Notes: a model not told the origin generated them from the letters alone. A DNA stretch of 64,000 nucleotides from an uncultured Methanosarcinales archaeon (GCA_964453185.1 CAYVNN010000002.1:340444-404443); one strand, 5' to 3'; shown: positions 38,206 to 48,651, numbered from the stretch's first letter. Numbers and translations: made by a program.

Positions 38206-39705
38206 TTAAAAATATCTACTTGCAGCTTCAGCTAATTTCCCTCTTTCTGATATAAGTAATTCAACAGCAGCAAAAGAACTTGCATATTTTGAAGGCATTA
38301 CACCAGATGTTATCACTTGGACAGCATGAGCTAATCCATTAAATCCTTTTCTTGTATGTGGATTATCTATTTGATAACTATCTCCTGATAATAATATTTT
38401 ACAACCATCTTGTCCTCTGCTCAATATGTCTCTCATTGTTGCAGGAGTTGTGTTTTGTGCTTCATCTACAATTAAAATTTCATTTCTTAATATTGTATCT
38501 CCTCTTATATGTCCTAATGGATATAATTCAACAATACCGTTTGCTTGCAATTCATCTAGTGATCTACCATAATCTTCAGCCATTTGTTTACCTAGTGAAC
38601 CATTCTGTCCTCTTAATTGACCCCACCATTTCATTATTTGTCTAATATTAGTTGCAACTCCTTTATACCCTAATCTTACTTTTGCAGTAATATCTCCTGG
38701 TAAAAATCCATATTCTTCTCCAGCAACATTAATCTGTGGTTTTGTAATGTATAATACTGCTTCATCATCTTCTTCATCAGTTCTAGATCTATTTATTCTT
38801 TCCAATGCACATGCTAATAAACATAATGTTTTACCTGTTCCTGCTTTTCCAAATGCAGCAACAACATCAGTTTCATTATTCATTATTGCATCCATTAATA
38901 TTGCTTGTTCTAAGTTTCTTGGTTTAACTCCTGCATAACTTTCATGAGGCTTTATTGCCATTGGAACAAGTCTCTTTGATATTTTATCATATCTATATAC
39001 TGTTCTCATCCAATCTCTTCCACTTTCTCCATCAACAACAAAATGAAAATATTGATTGTGAAAAGCTCCATTAAGATCTAATCCAGCAATTCTTTCAGCA
39101 GTTTCTGCCTCAATTTGAAAACCAGCTTTTGCTGCACTTTGAGCACCTTTTATTTCTTGTACTATATGTGCAACCATCTCATCACTTGTATAAGTCCTTA
39201 TTGTACTAGGAATATCATCTAAAACAACATCTTCAACAGTTCTGGAATCTGCTCTTACTCCATTATTTCTTGCTAATAATTTAAGTGCTTGATCATGACT
39301 TAAGACAGTGACTTTCATATCAGGATTACATGCTTGCCAAACTAATCCACACCTTACTATCTTTTTATCAGGTTCTCCTATTTCTAAAGGATACCTTAAA
39401 GGATCTTTGCCCCTTAAATCATATGTGTGTGATATAAATAATTTTCCTCCTTCTCCAATCTTAACTCCTTTAGTTGCAAGGCTTTGTCCAATTCCATCAT
39501 CATTAGGTCTAGTAAATTTTTCAGCGACTTTAGTAAATCTTCTTGCATTATAACCTACAGAATCCATTCTTGTTTTGAATCCATCTAATTCATCCATAAC
39601 AACAGATGGGACAACAACAATCGCATCACCAAATCCTTTATAACACTCCCAATTATCTACTATTATATTTGTGTCTAAAACTATTATTTCTCTAGTATCT
39701 TTCAT
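38206..39705 (-). CDS. phoH: PIN-PhoH (PhoH2) family ATPase
   Basis: VLDTN PIN domain; PRNLEQ, GKAGTGKT, GFLPG, RG, DEAQN and GDxxQID. Confidence 0.92.
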   Translation of the reverse strand: MKDTREIIVLDTNIIVDNWECYKGFGDAIVVVPSVVMDELDGFKTRMDSVGYNARRFTKVAEKFTRPNDDGIGQSLATKGVKIGEGGKLFISHTYDLRGKDPLRYPLEIGEPDKKIVRCGLVWQACNPDMKVTVLSHDQALKLLARNNGVRADSRTVEDVVLDDIPSTIRTYTSDEMVAHIVQEIKGAQSAAKAGFQIEAETAERIAGLDLNGAFHNQYFHFVVDGESGRDWMRTVYRYDKISKRLVPMAIKPHESYAGVKPRNLEQAILMDAIMNNETDVVAAFGKAGTGKTLCLLACALERINRSRTDEEDDEAVLYITKPQINVAGEEYGFLPGDITAKVRLGYKGVATNIRQIMKWWGQLRGQNGSLGKQMAEDYGRSLDELQANGIVELYPLGHIRGDTILRNEILIVDEAQNTTPATMRDILSRGQDGCKILLSGDSYQIDNPHTRKGFNGLAHAVQVITSGVMPSKYASSFAAVELLISERGKLAEAASRYF

Positions 39706-39712
39706 CTCTTCA

Positions 39713-40237
39713 TCAACTCCTCATAACCATTCTACAACAGTATAAATATTCTTGTTTTAATGCTTTTCTTACTCTTCTTTTATTAAGTTCATCTCCATTT
39801 CCAAATCCATGATTTCGATATAAACTTGGAAGACCTTCTTCAATTATTCTACCTAATTTTTGATATTTCTCTCTCATATCTTCTTTCTTTCCTGTTCTAA
39901 TTGTTCTTACAAAACTTAATGCTCTTTTATACAAGTCATCATGTCCTCTTCTTTTTCTTCTAGTTGTTATATTTTTAACTCCATCAATTACTTTTATGTA
40001 TCCTTGGATTTTTTCTTCAATATTATCTGAATTTAATTCATCTAATTCTTCAGAAATACGTAGTGCCATATTACGTATATAATCTTCATCAATTCTTTTA
40101 ACTCTTAATGTTTCTTCATAAGAAATTGGTTCACTAATTAGAATTAACCCTAGGGCAGTATGTCTTAGAACTTCATCATCAATAGTTCCTTGCAATTCTT
40201 TCAATACTTGATATGCTGTTCTATGTTCTGTTGTCAA
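39713..40237 (-). CDS. Hypothetical protein
   Basis: 174-aa ORF ending 7 nt before the phoH start. Confidence 0.6.
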   Translation of the reverse strand: MTTEHRTAYQVLKELQGTIDDEVLRHTALGLILISEPISYEETLRVKRIDEDYIRNMALRISEELDELNSDNIEEKIQGYIKVIDGVKNITTRRKRRGHDDLYKRALSFVRTIRTGKKEDMREKYQKLGRIIEEGLPSLYRNHGFGNGDELNKRRVRKALKQEYLYCCRMVMRS

Positions 40238-40334
40238 CTTATTTTTGAATGATATAGTAAATATTTAAATTTTTATATTTTACATTGTCATAGAAAACAA
40301 TCTTTATATATCTGTTTACCTTTTTTATTTCTAC

Positions 40335-40766
40335 ATGGGTATGAAAAAAGCACAATCATCTATTGAAATATTGTTCATAATAGCATTTGGTTTTATGCTT
40401 ATTACATTATCTTTGATAGCTTTAACACATATTACTCAGTCTGCTACAGATGCATCTATCTCATCAGAAAGTACAGAGATTGGGGAGGCATTAGTTAATA
40501 ATGCTCAAGCAGTCTATTTAGCAGGTAAAGGTACAAAGGCATTAGTTGAAGTATACTTTCCTGATAATGTTTTGAATCTGTCGATTGAGAATAACAATTA
40601 CCTATTGATTGTAGTAAAGACTTACCAAGGATCAAGAGATTTGTTATTTTATTCTGATTACCCACTTAATGCAACCTTCGATGCAATAGATTATTCAAAA
40701 GGGGCAAAGATATTTGAGTTTACATTAAATGAGAATGGAGATACTGTTATGATTAGAAGGGTTTAG
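40335..40766 (+). CDS. Class III signal peptide (pilin-like) protein
   Basis: KKAQ-SSIE followed by a hydrophobic helix. Confidence 0.85.
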   Translation: MGMKKAQSSIEILFIIAFGFMLITLSLIALTHITQSATDASISSESTEIGEALVNNAQAVYLAGKGTKALVEVYFPDNVLNLSIENNNYLLIVVKTYQGSRDLLFYSDYPLNATFDAIDYSKGAKIFEFTLNENGDTVMIRRV

Positions 40767-40782
40767 TTTATTTCTAGTATGT

Positions 40783-40924
40783 CATTAAAACCAGCGCCTT
40801 GAGTCGGCATCAAATAATTTATAATGTCGCACTAAAAGTCGCAGACGTTATTCATATCTGACCTAGCACCAGACTCGCCCTGGTTTTAATGCATTTTTAT
40901 TCAGAGCCGCCATAGTACAAATGC
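40783..40924. repeat. Family-1 hairpin element (40783-40891) plus an orphan right arm (40901-40924)
   Basis: cattaaaaccag-c-gc-ctt-gagtc ... ca-gactc-gc-c-ctggttttaatg; shares the internal tcgcactaaaagtcgc with 16316-16427. Confidence 0.85.
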
Positions 40925-40942
40925 AATTGTATTATTATTGCA

Positions 40943-41386
40943 TTAACTACATCCAAACTCAGGCGTACATAGAATAATATTTCCTGATTCATTTTTTCTT
41001 ACAACTATTTTAGAAATCTGAGATGTTTCTACATATGATGAAGGAAATATTCCAAATACAGGCATACTACTATAAAATACCTTTTCACTATATATTCCAT
41101 CTTTTAATGTTAAGAAAACTATTTCATTATCACCTAATACACTAATATTTTGAATCATATCTGGTAAATCATATCTTAGTTGTATTGTAGTGCCTGGTCC
41201 AGAATAATATACAGTTTCAATCTGATCCAGCATATCATTGGCAATAACATCTATCATTTGTTCCTCAGCCTGTATGTTTGTTTCTCCACTTTTTAACATA
41301 AAAGCAGCAGAAGCAACAGCTATTATTATCATGGTCATAGCTATGATAAACATATATTCTAGTGAAGACTGAGCTTTCTTAGACAT
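40943..41386 (-). CDS. Class III signal peptide (pilin-like) protein
   Basis: KKAQ-SSLEY followed by a hydrophobic helix; VYYSGPG. Confidence 0.85.
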   Translation of the reverse strand: MSKKAQSSLEYMFIIAMTMIIIAVASAAFMLKSGETNIQAEEQMIDVIANDMLDQIETVYYSGPGTTIQLRYDLPDMIQNISVLGDNEIVFLTLKDGIYSEKVFYSSMPVFGIFPSSYVETSQISKIVVRKNESGNIILCTPEFGCS

Positions 41387-41422
41387 AATGTGTTTTATTG
41401 ATTAATAAGTATATAAATCTTT

Positions 41423-41959
41423 TTAGAATCTAAGCTCTTTATATTTGTGTAAATCAATTCCATATTTAGAATAAACATCTTTAACACTTAAATTACCACA
41501 ATCTTTATTTTCTAATCCTAGTTTTCTAAGTCCTTCTAAAACCTTTTCTTTACTTGATGATTCAATTTCAAGATATGTTGGTATTTTTGGCCAAGTATCT
41601 AATGTAAATTCTATTTCGTCTAGTTCAAACAATATTCTTTTACTTTCTTGATATATGATTTCTTTAAAATTTAATTTTAAGAAGATTTTAGATGTTTCAT
41701 TAAAATCATTAACCTCAACCTCAATTTCTTCTGTTTCATCAATTTGTGATCCTTTCTTATGTTTATATGTTAATGTTGTCTTTTTTCCATTTGTTCGTAA
41801 TCTTATCCAGTCATGATCTTCACTATCAATATCATAAACATATCTTCTTTGAAATATTTCTTTGTTTTCTTTTGCTCCTAATTCTAACAATTTTTGTCTT
41901 ATTTCTTCAATATTGATCTCTAATACTTTTGTTTCATACTCTTTGGCCATATTTTTCAT
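41423..41959 (-). CDS. CYTH-domain protein (class IV adenylate cyclase-like)
   Basis: EYETK (ExExK), WIRLR, LTYK and YLEIE. Confidence 0.9.
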   Translation of the reverse strand: MKNMAKEYETKVLEINIEEIRQKLLELGAKENKEIFQRRYVYDIDSEDHDWIRLRTNGKKTTLTYKHKKGSQIDETEEIEVEVNDFNETSKIFLKLNFKEIIYQESKRILFELDEIEFTLDTWPKIPTYLEIESSSKEKVLEGLRKLGLENKDCGNLSVKDVYSKYGIDLHKYKELRF

Positions 41960-42035
41960 TATTGGTTACTATTATTTAATTCTTCTCATAAAAACCGTTA
42001 ACTTAAAATATACATATATTTATTTAACTATTTAA

Positions 42036-42566
42036 ATGAAAAAAAGAGGTCAATACTTTATATTAGAGGCATTTGTAGGTTTAGTTATACTTGGTTTAGC
42101 ATTAACATTCTTATTCTATGTTTACCAGGACCCTAAATATCCTGAATTAAATACAAAATATCTTGAAGCTAGTGATGTTGCAGTCTTATTTGACACACAA
42201 ATTTCAGAAATCTCTTCAGGATTATGTTCTTATGATGGTGATCTTGTTAATAATTCTAATATTACAAATATTGAATATACATTTATTGAACAAATGGGAG
42301 AGTTTTATTATAGAAATCAAACAAAAAACTGTAGTTTTTGTCTAGATCTTGCATATGAGTGTGTATTAGACTTTGCTTCAATGAAAGGCATTGATTCATA
42401 CAGTTTTGAATTAAACATAGATAACACTACTTTATACAATCAAACAGTATTCTTAAACCAATCTGAAGCTAATTTGTTAATCCCAATACATTTTGTAGTC
42501 TTTGGTTTACAGGATAATCAAGATTACTGGGGACCATACCAAGGTGAGATTAAAATATGGCGGTAA
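42036..42566 (+). CDS. Class III signal peptide protein
   Basis: MKKRGQ-YFILEA followed by a hydrophobic helix; C-terminal WGPY...IW. Confidence 0.8.
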   Translation: MKKRGQYFILEAFVGLVILGLALTFLFYVYQDPKYPELNTKYLEASDVAVLFDTQISEISSGLCSYDGDLVNNSNITNIEYTFIEQMGEFYYRNQTKNCSFCLDLAYECVLDFASMKGIDSYSFELNIDNTTLYNQTVFLNQSEANLLIPIHFVVFGLQDNQDYWGPYQGEIKIWR

Positions 42567-44038
42567 AGAAATCACAAGTATTCACGAGTTTATCAATCTT
42601 AATCTTAGGTTTATTTTTACTAAGCGTACTTGGAAGTGCTTCGATTATGAAATATTATGGTGATAAAAAAGAAACTGAACAAATTGAATCAAAAGTAGTT
42701 ATTGCTTTATTTGAAAGACTCGAAGAAACAATTTTGTCTAGAGCAACTTCAATAGCAACAACAACTGCGCTAAGAGCAACGTTAAGTTATGTTAATGATA
42801 CAGGTACTACTATCTCTGATTTTGATACATTCTTTTATCATTTAGTAAGTAGGGGTGCAATGAGCAGATTATATACACCATCAATAGAATCACAAGATCT
42901 AGCATTTTTTATGACATTAAAGAATTCTTCTGTTATAATTGATGTATCTGAAGAATTATCAAGTACTCAATTTGATTTTGGTTCAGATAAAGTAATTATC
43001 CAAGGATTTAATATTAATTCATCTGTTCCAGTGGGGAGTGTCTCAATTTATATAGAAAACAATGGTGCAATAAATGAAACTTTGTTTTTATTAATTTACG
43101 ACGACAATGAATCTATTGCCCAATCAAAATTATTATTTACAGAGGATGGATGGTATACTTTTAATTTTACAAATTCTTATGTTGTTCCTGATCCTGATAA
43201 AGAATATTATTTATTTTTAACAGCACCTTTTGATGCTAGTTCAAATGCTTATTCAGTTAATGCTGGTTTATCTGGTGGTGTGACTGAACCATATGAATGT
43301 GATTTATTTGATTGTACTCTTGCAACAAGTACTATTGGTTCAGGAAGCGATGATATTCTTTGGCCTATTGATTTTTATCTTGGACAAGAGATTATGGAAA
43401 CCAGTTCAATTTATGATACAGTCAATTCATTAAGTGGAATTTATTTAACAAATCTTGGTGTTAATTTATCAATTGAACTACAAAATATTTCAATGACTCA
43501 AACAACTCCATGGACTGTAACAACTAATTGTAATTATTCAATAACACTAGGAAAAAGAACAGTATGGTTTGATAATGTTAGTATGGATTTAGAATCATCA
43601 ACAAGTATTATTGGTTTAACAAATCCTTCAACATTAATTCAAGATATTGATGAAAGAACAATACAAAAAGCAAATACTACAACCTGGACAGAAGAAACCT
43701 TTTTACAACATATCCAAGATAAAACTTTTGTCTTTAATGAAAACGCAACTAGTTTTTTACAAAGATTCAGTGGAAGTACTTCATCTTCAAGTTGTTGCGG
43801 AATTGAAAGTTTAATAAATGCATCAGATGTTGATGACATAAACTATACTTATGTTGATTATCTTTATGACTTTGGTGCAGGAGAATGTGATGGAGGTAAT
43901 GAGTTGTATTATACAAGTGGATTAGGAGATTTTGATATAATGACCTTTAAACTTGATTATCCAAGAATAGAATTTTATAATATTCCTGACATGGGTGGGT
44001 CAATCTATGCATCAAAACATGCTTGTGATATTAGTTAA
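42557..44038 (+). CDS. Large class III signal peptide protein
   Basis: KKSQ-VFT followed by a hydrophobic helix; SFLQRF...SSCCGIESLIN. Confidence 0.75.
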   Translation: MAVKKSQVFTSLSILILGLFLLSVLGSASIMKYYGDKKETEQIESKVVIALFERLEETILSRATSIATTTALRATLSYVNDTGTTISDFDTFFYHLVSRGAMSRLYTPSIESQDLAFFMTLKNSSVIIDVSEELSSTQFDFGSDKVIIQGFNINSSVPVGSVSIYIENNGAINETLFLLIYDDNESIAQSKLLFTEDGWYTFNFTNSYVVPDPDKEYYLFLTAPFDASSNAYSVNAGLSGGVTEPYECDLFDCTLATSTIGSGSDDILWPIDFYLGQEIMETSSIYDTVNSLSGIYLTNLGVNLSIELQNISMTQTTPWTVTTNCNYSITLGKRTVWFDNVSMDLESSTSIIGLTNPSTLIQDIDERTIQKANTTTWTEETFLQHIQDKTFVFNENATSFLQRFSGSTSSSSCCGIESLINASDVDDINYTYVDYLYDFGAGECDGGNELYYTSGLGDFDIMTFKLDYPRIEFYNIPDMGGSIYASKHACDIS

Positions 44039-44059
44039 TTGTATTTTGCTTTCTCTCTC

Positions 44060-45205
44060 TCATACAAATCTTATAACAAAATCTTTATCCATGTAATCTG
44101 CCATCTTATCTTTTGTTCCTGCACAACTATATCTAATCTGTCCTCTTTCTCTTAAGTAATCTAAAAATCCTTTAGCTTCGCCATAATCACTTTCACTTTC
44201 AGAACATACTTTAGCAGAATCTAATCCTATTAGTATTTCAACAGCTCTTGGTATTTTTTTCTCTCCAAATTCAACTTCATCAATAACACGGAATGCTACT
44301 TCAAACCCTTGATCTAAAAAGTTATATCTAACTCCTTGTTCATCTTCTAATACAACTTTTTGTACTTCTTGTTCATTCTCTACAATATATTCTTCAGTCA
44401 TTTTAACTATTTTTTTGTATGGATTATGTCTTATATGTTGACATACTCTAGTAAACAACTCTAATATGTCATATGCTTCTTCTTTCCTGCATTTATCTCT
44501 GATTCTGTTTCTTCCATATTCAGCTAGATGATCAAAATTATCTGGATCAAAAAGTGGGTGTAACCTAACAATATCTTCGGGTGTTAACTCAGAAACATCT
44601 AAATGTTCAGCAATTAGTTTATATCCAATCTTTCTATGTGATATTCCTCTAGTATATGTTTTCCCATCTCTAGAAAAATATCTATCATCATCATCTACTT
44701 TTCTTAGATTTGGATCAGCAGATAATCCTCTTAATATTTTTTCTAAAGATGAAGTATCCTTTCTCTGGACAAGTTGAGGGATTGCATCTAATCTTAAAGC
44801 AGTTTTTTGTCTTTCACTAAGTTCATCAGAAATCTCGCTAGTCCCAACAAGAGTATCAAGGTGAGTTTGATAATCTGCAATAATTATTTTATCTTCTTTA
44901 GCTTGATCTGAAATCCATCTTTTCTTTTGATCTAATCTTTTCCTTCTTTCTATAAATACTTGTGGAATAAATGGGATTATTCCCATTAATTCTCCAGCAA
45001 AACTACAATTTACTATTACACCAAGATCAAATCTACCTATATCATAATTCGCTGCTATTCCGACTAATGCTCCAAGTCCTAATCCAATAAACATAGGAGG
45101 GATTAGATACTTAGGAATATCTGGTTCTATATACTCTAACTCATATACCTTATATAATCCCTCTGGAAGTTTATCTATCATATATTTACTCCTATCTAAA
45201 CTCAT
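44060..45205 (-). CDS. Hypothetical membrane protein
   Basis: 381 aa with two N-terminal hydrophobic segments. Confidence 0.65.
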   Translation of the reverse strand: MSLDRSKYMIDKLPEGLYKVYELEYIEPDIPKYLIPPMFIGLGLGALVGIAANYDIGRFDLGVIVNCSFAGELMGIIPFIPQVFIERRKRLDQKKRWISDQAKEDKIIIADYQTHLDTLVGTSEISDELSERQKTALRLDAIPQLVQRKDTSSLEKILRGLSADPNLRKVDDDDRYFSRDGKTYTRGISHRKIGYKLIAEHLDVSELTPEDIVRLHPLFDPDNFDHLAEYGRNRIRDKCRKEEAYDILELFTRVCQHIRHNPYKKIVKMTEEYIVENEQEVQKVVLEDEQGVRYNFLDQGFEVAFRVIDEVEFGEKKIPRAVEILIGLDSAKVCSESESDYGEAKGFLDYLRERGQIRYSCAGTKDKMADYMDKDFVIRFV

Positions 45206-45255
45206 TATATACCTTCTCTACAACTATTTTAAGGCAAAAACCTTAAAAATAACCT

Positions 45256-46077
45256 ATGCTTTCCAATAGTATGCAAACACCTATTTACTTTCCAAATTTA
45301 AAGAAAGGATCTACAAAAGATTGTATTCTTAAGCTTTTAACAGCAGAGCCTACTTTGACTAATCAAAAGATCTTTAATCAATTAAAAAAACAATACAATG
45401 TTTCAAGAAGTTATCAAACAATAAGACAAGCATTGTTAGAACTAGTTGAAGATGGTGTTCTTGTAAAAGATAAGAAACAATATAGTATATCCAAAGATTG
45501 GATTATGGTTATGGATTCATATGTTTCTTTATTAAAAAGAAAATATATTGAAAACAAAGAAATTAATATTATTGACAAAAATACTAAAGAAATTAAACTT
45601 GACTCATTATATGATTTAGGTCATTTTATTCTCCATAGTTTTAGAGAACATTTCTTTGACATGAACAATGAAAATGATCTATATATGTTTGTTCATCATT
45701 TATGGTTTCCATTTCTAAACAAAAAGAAGAGAGACTTATTGAGAGACTTCTTCTCAAAAAACAATAATAATATCTACGTCGGTAAAGCTTATTTTTTTGA
45801 TAAAATACTTGCAGTTTTCTATAAAAAATATGGTAAAGTTTTTCTTAATACTAATTTTGATGATTTCTTTGATTTTGTTATTCAAGGAGATTGTATTGCA
45901 AAGATCTACATACCAAAAGAACTTAGAAAAAGAATGGATAAACTATACTCTTTTAAGAATCTTAATTTTAATGTTATAGAAGAATTAACAGATATGACTT
46001 TCTCAGACTATGAGATTAAAATATTAATCACAAGAGATAAAGAAATGGTTAATGAAATTAAGAGTAAGTTAAAATAA
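45256..46077 (+). CDS. wHTH-domain putative regulator
   Basis: LTNQKIFNQLKKQYNVSRSYQTIRQALLELVEDGVL. Confidence 0.7.
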   Translation: MLSNSMQTPIYFPNLKKGSTKDCILKLLTAEPTLTNQKIFNQLKKQYNVSRSYQTIRQALLELVEDGVLVKDKKQYSISKDWIMVMDSYVSLLKRKYIENKEINIIDKNTKEIKLDSLYDLGHFILHSFREHFFDMNNENDLYMFVHHLWFPFLNKKKRDLLRDFFSKNNNNIYVGKAYFFDKILAVFYKKYGKVFLNTNFDDFFDFVIQGDCIAKIYIPKELRKRMDKLYSFKNLNFNVIEELTDMTFSDYEIKILITRDKEMVNEIKSKLK

Positions 46078-46112
46078 TAACTTTTTTATAATCACTACTC
46101 TAACTTTATTCT

Positions 46113-46961
46113 ATGGAATACTTATTTGGAATAATACTTGCTTTTGCATCTCTAATAACATGGGCTGTTTCTGATGTAATCACAAAGATTTCATTAGATC
46201 ATACTTCAAAATGGAAGGTATTGTTTATAAGTCAATTATTTGGCGGGGTTATAATCTTAATTCTTGCTTTATTATTAGGAGAGATTAGTAAGTTATTATC
46301 TCTTGGAATATATTATTTAATATTCCTCGGTGTCTTAAATTTATTCGGGATGTATACTTTTTACAAAGCTATGAAAAAGAAAGGCGTGGCATTAACAACC
46401 CCTATCATATATTCTTGGGCATTTCTTGCAGTAATTCTTGGAGTCATATTTTATAATGAATCACTCACTTTTCTTCAAGCATTATCTATTTTATTAATTA
46501 TTTTAGGGATTTTTTTGGTTACAAATAAAGGTAGTAAACATATTTTTTTTGACAAGACATTTTTCTTTGCAATTGCTTCAATGATAATATGGGGTGTTTT
46601 TTACTTTCTTTTAAAAATACCAAATCTTATTTTTGGTGCAATTATTGTAACTGCTTCAATTAAATTATTTACTTCATTCTCATCTATACCAATTCTATTG
46701 AAGAAAAAGATTAATCTTTTTGAAACAAAACATAAAATTATGTTATTTATTATGTTAGTTGGCTTTTTGGATGCCTTTGGTTTCTTAGCTTTTAATTATG
46801 CAGTTAATTATGCTCCAGTGTCTATTGTTGCTCCTATTTGTTCTGCAACACCTGCCTTAGGTGTCTTGCTTGGGGTTTTATTATTAAAAGAAAATATATT
46901 AAAAAAACAATATATAGGCATTGCTGTAGTTTTAGCAGGTCTTGTTCTTATTTCTATATGA
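46113..46961 (+). CDS. EamA/DMT family transporter
   Basis: About 10 TM helices in two repeats. Confidence 0.88.
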   Translation: MEYLFGIILAFASLITWAVSDVITKISLDHTSKWKVLFISQLFGGVIILILALLLGEISKLLSLGIYYLIFLGVLNLFGMYTFYKAMKKKGVALTTPIIYSWAFLAVILGVIFYNESLTFLQALSILLIILGIFLVTNKGSKHIFFDKTFFFAIASMIIWGVFYFLLKIPNLIFGAIIVTASIKLFTSFSSIPILLKKKINLFETKHKIMLFIMLVGFLDAFGFLAFNYAVNYAPVSIVAPICSATPALGVLLGVLLLKENILKKQYIGIAVVLAGLVLISI

Positions 46962-47000
46962 TAAATAAACTATTTAAACTACTTCTTTCATAATCTTAAT

Positions 47001-47468
47001 ATGCCATTGAAAAAGCATATGAAATTGGCTATTGAGATAGCAAAGAAAGGTGTTAAAAGAGGACAAACACCTTTTGGTTGTGTTATTGTTAAAGATAATA
47101 AAGTCATTGCAACAGGACATAATGAAGTATGGAAACATACAGACATAACTGCACATGCAGAGATTGTTGCAATCAGAAAGGCTTGTAAAAAACTAAAACA
47201 AATACATTTAACTGGTTGTGAACTCTATTCTACTGTCGAACCATGTCCAATGTGTTACTCGGCTATGCACTGGGCAAGAATACCAACAATAATCTATGGA
47301 GCAAGTATCAAAGATGCTAAACAATATGGTTTTAATGAGATGAAGATTTCTAATACTATGCTAAAGAAACTAACTAATTCTAAGGTTAAAATTGTAAAGG
47401 GATATATGAAAGAAGACTGTCTTAAACTCTTTAAGTTATGGAAGAAAATGAGTGGGAGAAGTTATTGA
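47001..47468 (+). CDS. Nucleoside/guanine deaminase (cytidine deaminase-like family)
   Basis: PFG, HAE and EPCPMC motifs. Confidence 0.9.
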   Translation: MPLKKHMKLAIEIAKKGVKRGQTPFGCVIVKDNKVIATGHNEVWKHTDITAHAEIVAIRKACKKLKQIHLTGCELYSTVEPCPMCYSAMHWARIPTIIYGASIKDAKQYGFNEMKISNTMLKKLTNSKVKIVKGYMKEDCLKLFKLWKKMSGRSY

Positions 47469-47510
47469 CAGTCCTACTTTTTAGTTTGATTGTCCTAAAC
47501 ATCCGGACGT

Positions 47511-47611
47511 TCTCACAAGACACTTATTGTCTAGTGGTCTGAAAACGTAAAATATTGCTAATACACGTGTTCTAAAGCACCCACATTTTCACTAGACATT
47601 GTGGTGTGAGA
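47511..47611. repeat. Long imperfect hairpin upstream of the LAGLIDADG gene
   Basis: Pairings tctcaca/tgtgaga and tgtctagtg/cactagaca. Confidence 0.6.
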
Positions 47612-47772
47612 TATATAAAGGATTAATTATTTCTAAATAAAAAAGACACGCAAATGTTCTAAATAATTCTTTTTGTTTTCCAAACAAAAATAAATTATGA
47701 ACATATACTAAATGTCCTTTTCTTTTAAACTCAAAACTTAAAGAAAAGTAAAATGTTTTGAGGTGGTTGAAA

Positions 47773-48498
47773 ATGATTGATTTATCAGATGTCAAGAAAA
47801 TTAAAAGAGATGTGAGGAAGAAGATTAAAATCCCTAATGATCCTACAGTAGAATTAGCAGAAATAATTGGTATAATGTTAGGGGATGGTTGTTTACATAA
47901 AACAAAGAAAGGAACATATCAGATTTGCGTTGCTTTTAATAAAAAAGAAACTTTGTATCTAAATCATGTTAAGAATCTATTTGAAACATATTTTTATCCT
48001 TATATATTTAATATAAATGAACAAAAAGATGAATTTCTATTAGTTAAAGGATCAAAAGAAATAGGTATGTATATGAAATCAATTGGATTAATGTCAGGAA
48101 ACAAAATAAAAAATAAGGTTAAAATACCAGAATGGATATTTACAAATCATTCATTTATGGTTGCTGTTCTTAGGGGATTATTTGATACAGATGGTTGTAT
48201 TTACAGGAAATATGATCATTATGCACAAATTCAATTTAAATTTGGTTCTCCTTATATTCTTAATTCAATAAAACGTGCATTATTATATTTATTTTATAAT
48301 CCTACTAAGATTCAAAAGGAATTGAATCATAAAAACTTTTTTGGATATAAATTATATCTATCAAGACAAGGAGAAATTGATAGGTTTTTTGAAGAAATTA
48401 GGCCAATGAACCAAAAACATGTAGATCGATATAATAAAATAAGAAACAATGGGGATGCTGGGATTCGAACCCAGATCCGTTGGTATATCCCTAAGTAA
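47773..48498 (+). CDS. Free-standing two-motif LAGLIDADG (intein/DOD-type) endonuclease
   Basis: LAEIIGIMLGDGCL and VLRGLFDTDGCI; GAGGTG SD before ATG 47773; no intein splicing motifs. Confidence 0.9.
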   Translation: MIDLSDVKKIKRDVRKKIKIPNDPTVELAEIIGIMLGDGCLHKTKKGTYQICVAFNKKETLYLNHVKNLFETYFYPYIFNINEQKDEFLLVKGSKEIGMYMKSIGLMSGNKIKNKVKIPEWIFTNHSFMVAVLRGLFDTDGCIYRKYDHYAQIQFKFGSPYILNSIKRALLYLFYNPTKIQKELNHKNFFGYKLYLSRQGEIDRFFEEIRPMNQKHVDRYNKIRNNGDAGIRTQIRWYIPK

Positions 48499-48602
48499 GT
48501 CATTGGCTTTCGCCTCTTCGCTCCACATTAGTCTGGAGCCAACTAAAGTAGTGTTGAGCCATAAAGCTACGAACAATTCTAGCCAGGTTATACTACATCC
48601 CC
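48450..48602 (-). tRNA. tRNA-Trp(CCA) with two introns (canonical 37/38, 48485-48532; non-canonical ~48545-48575)
   Basis: Acceptor GGGGATG/CATCCCC, anticodon arm GTTGG-CT-CCA-G^A-CCAAC, T-arm CTGGG-TTCGAAT-CCCAG. Confidence 0.88.
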
Positions 48603-48651
48603 ATTGGATTATGTATTGGTATAAGAATGAGCTTTTAAAAGTTTTGTTTTT

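Noticed and set aside
47773-48498. Intein or group I intron host for the LAGLIDADG gene
   Set aside because: There is no Cys/Ser start or His-Asn end, no interrupted host gene, and the ORF has its own SD and start codon.
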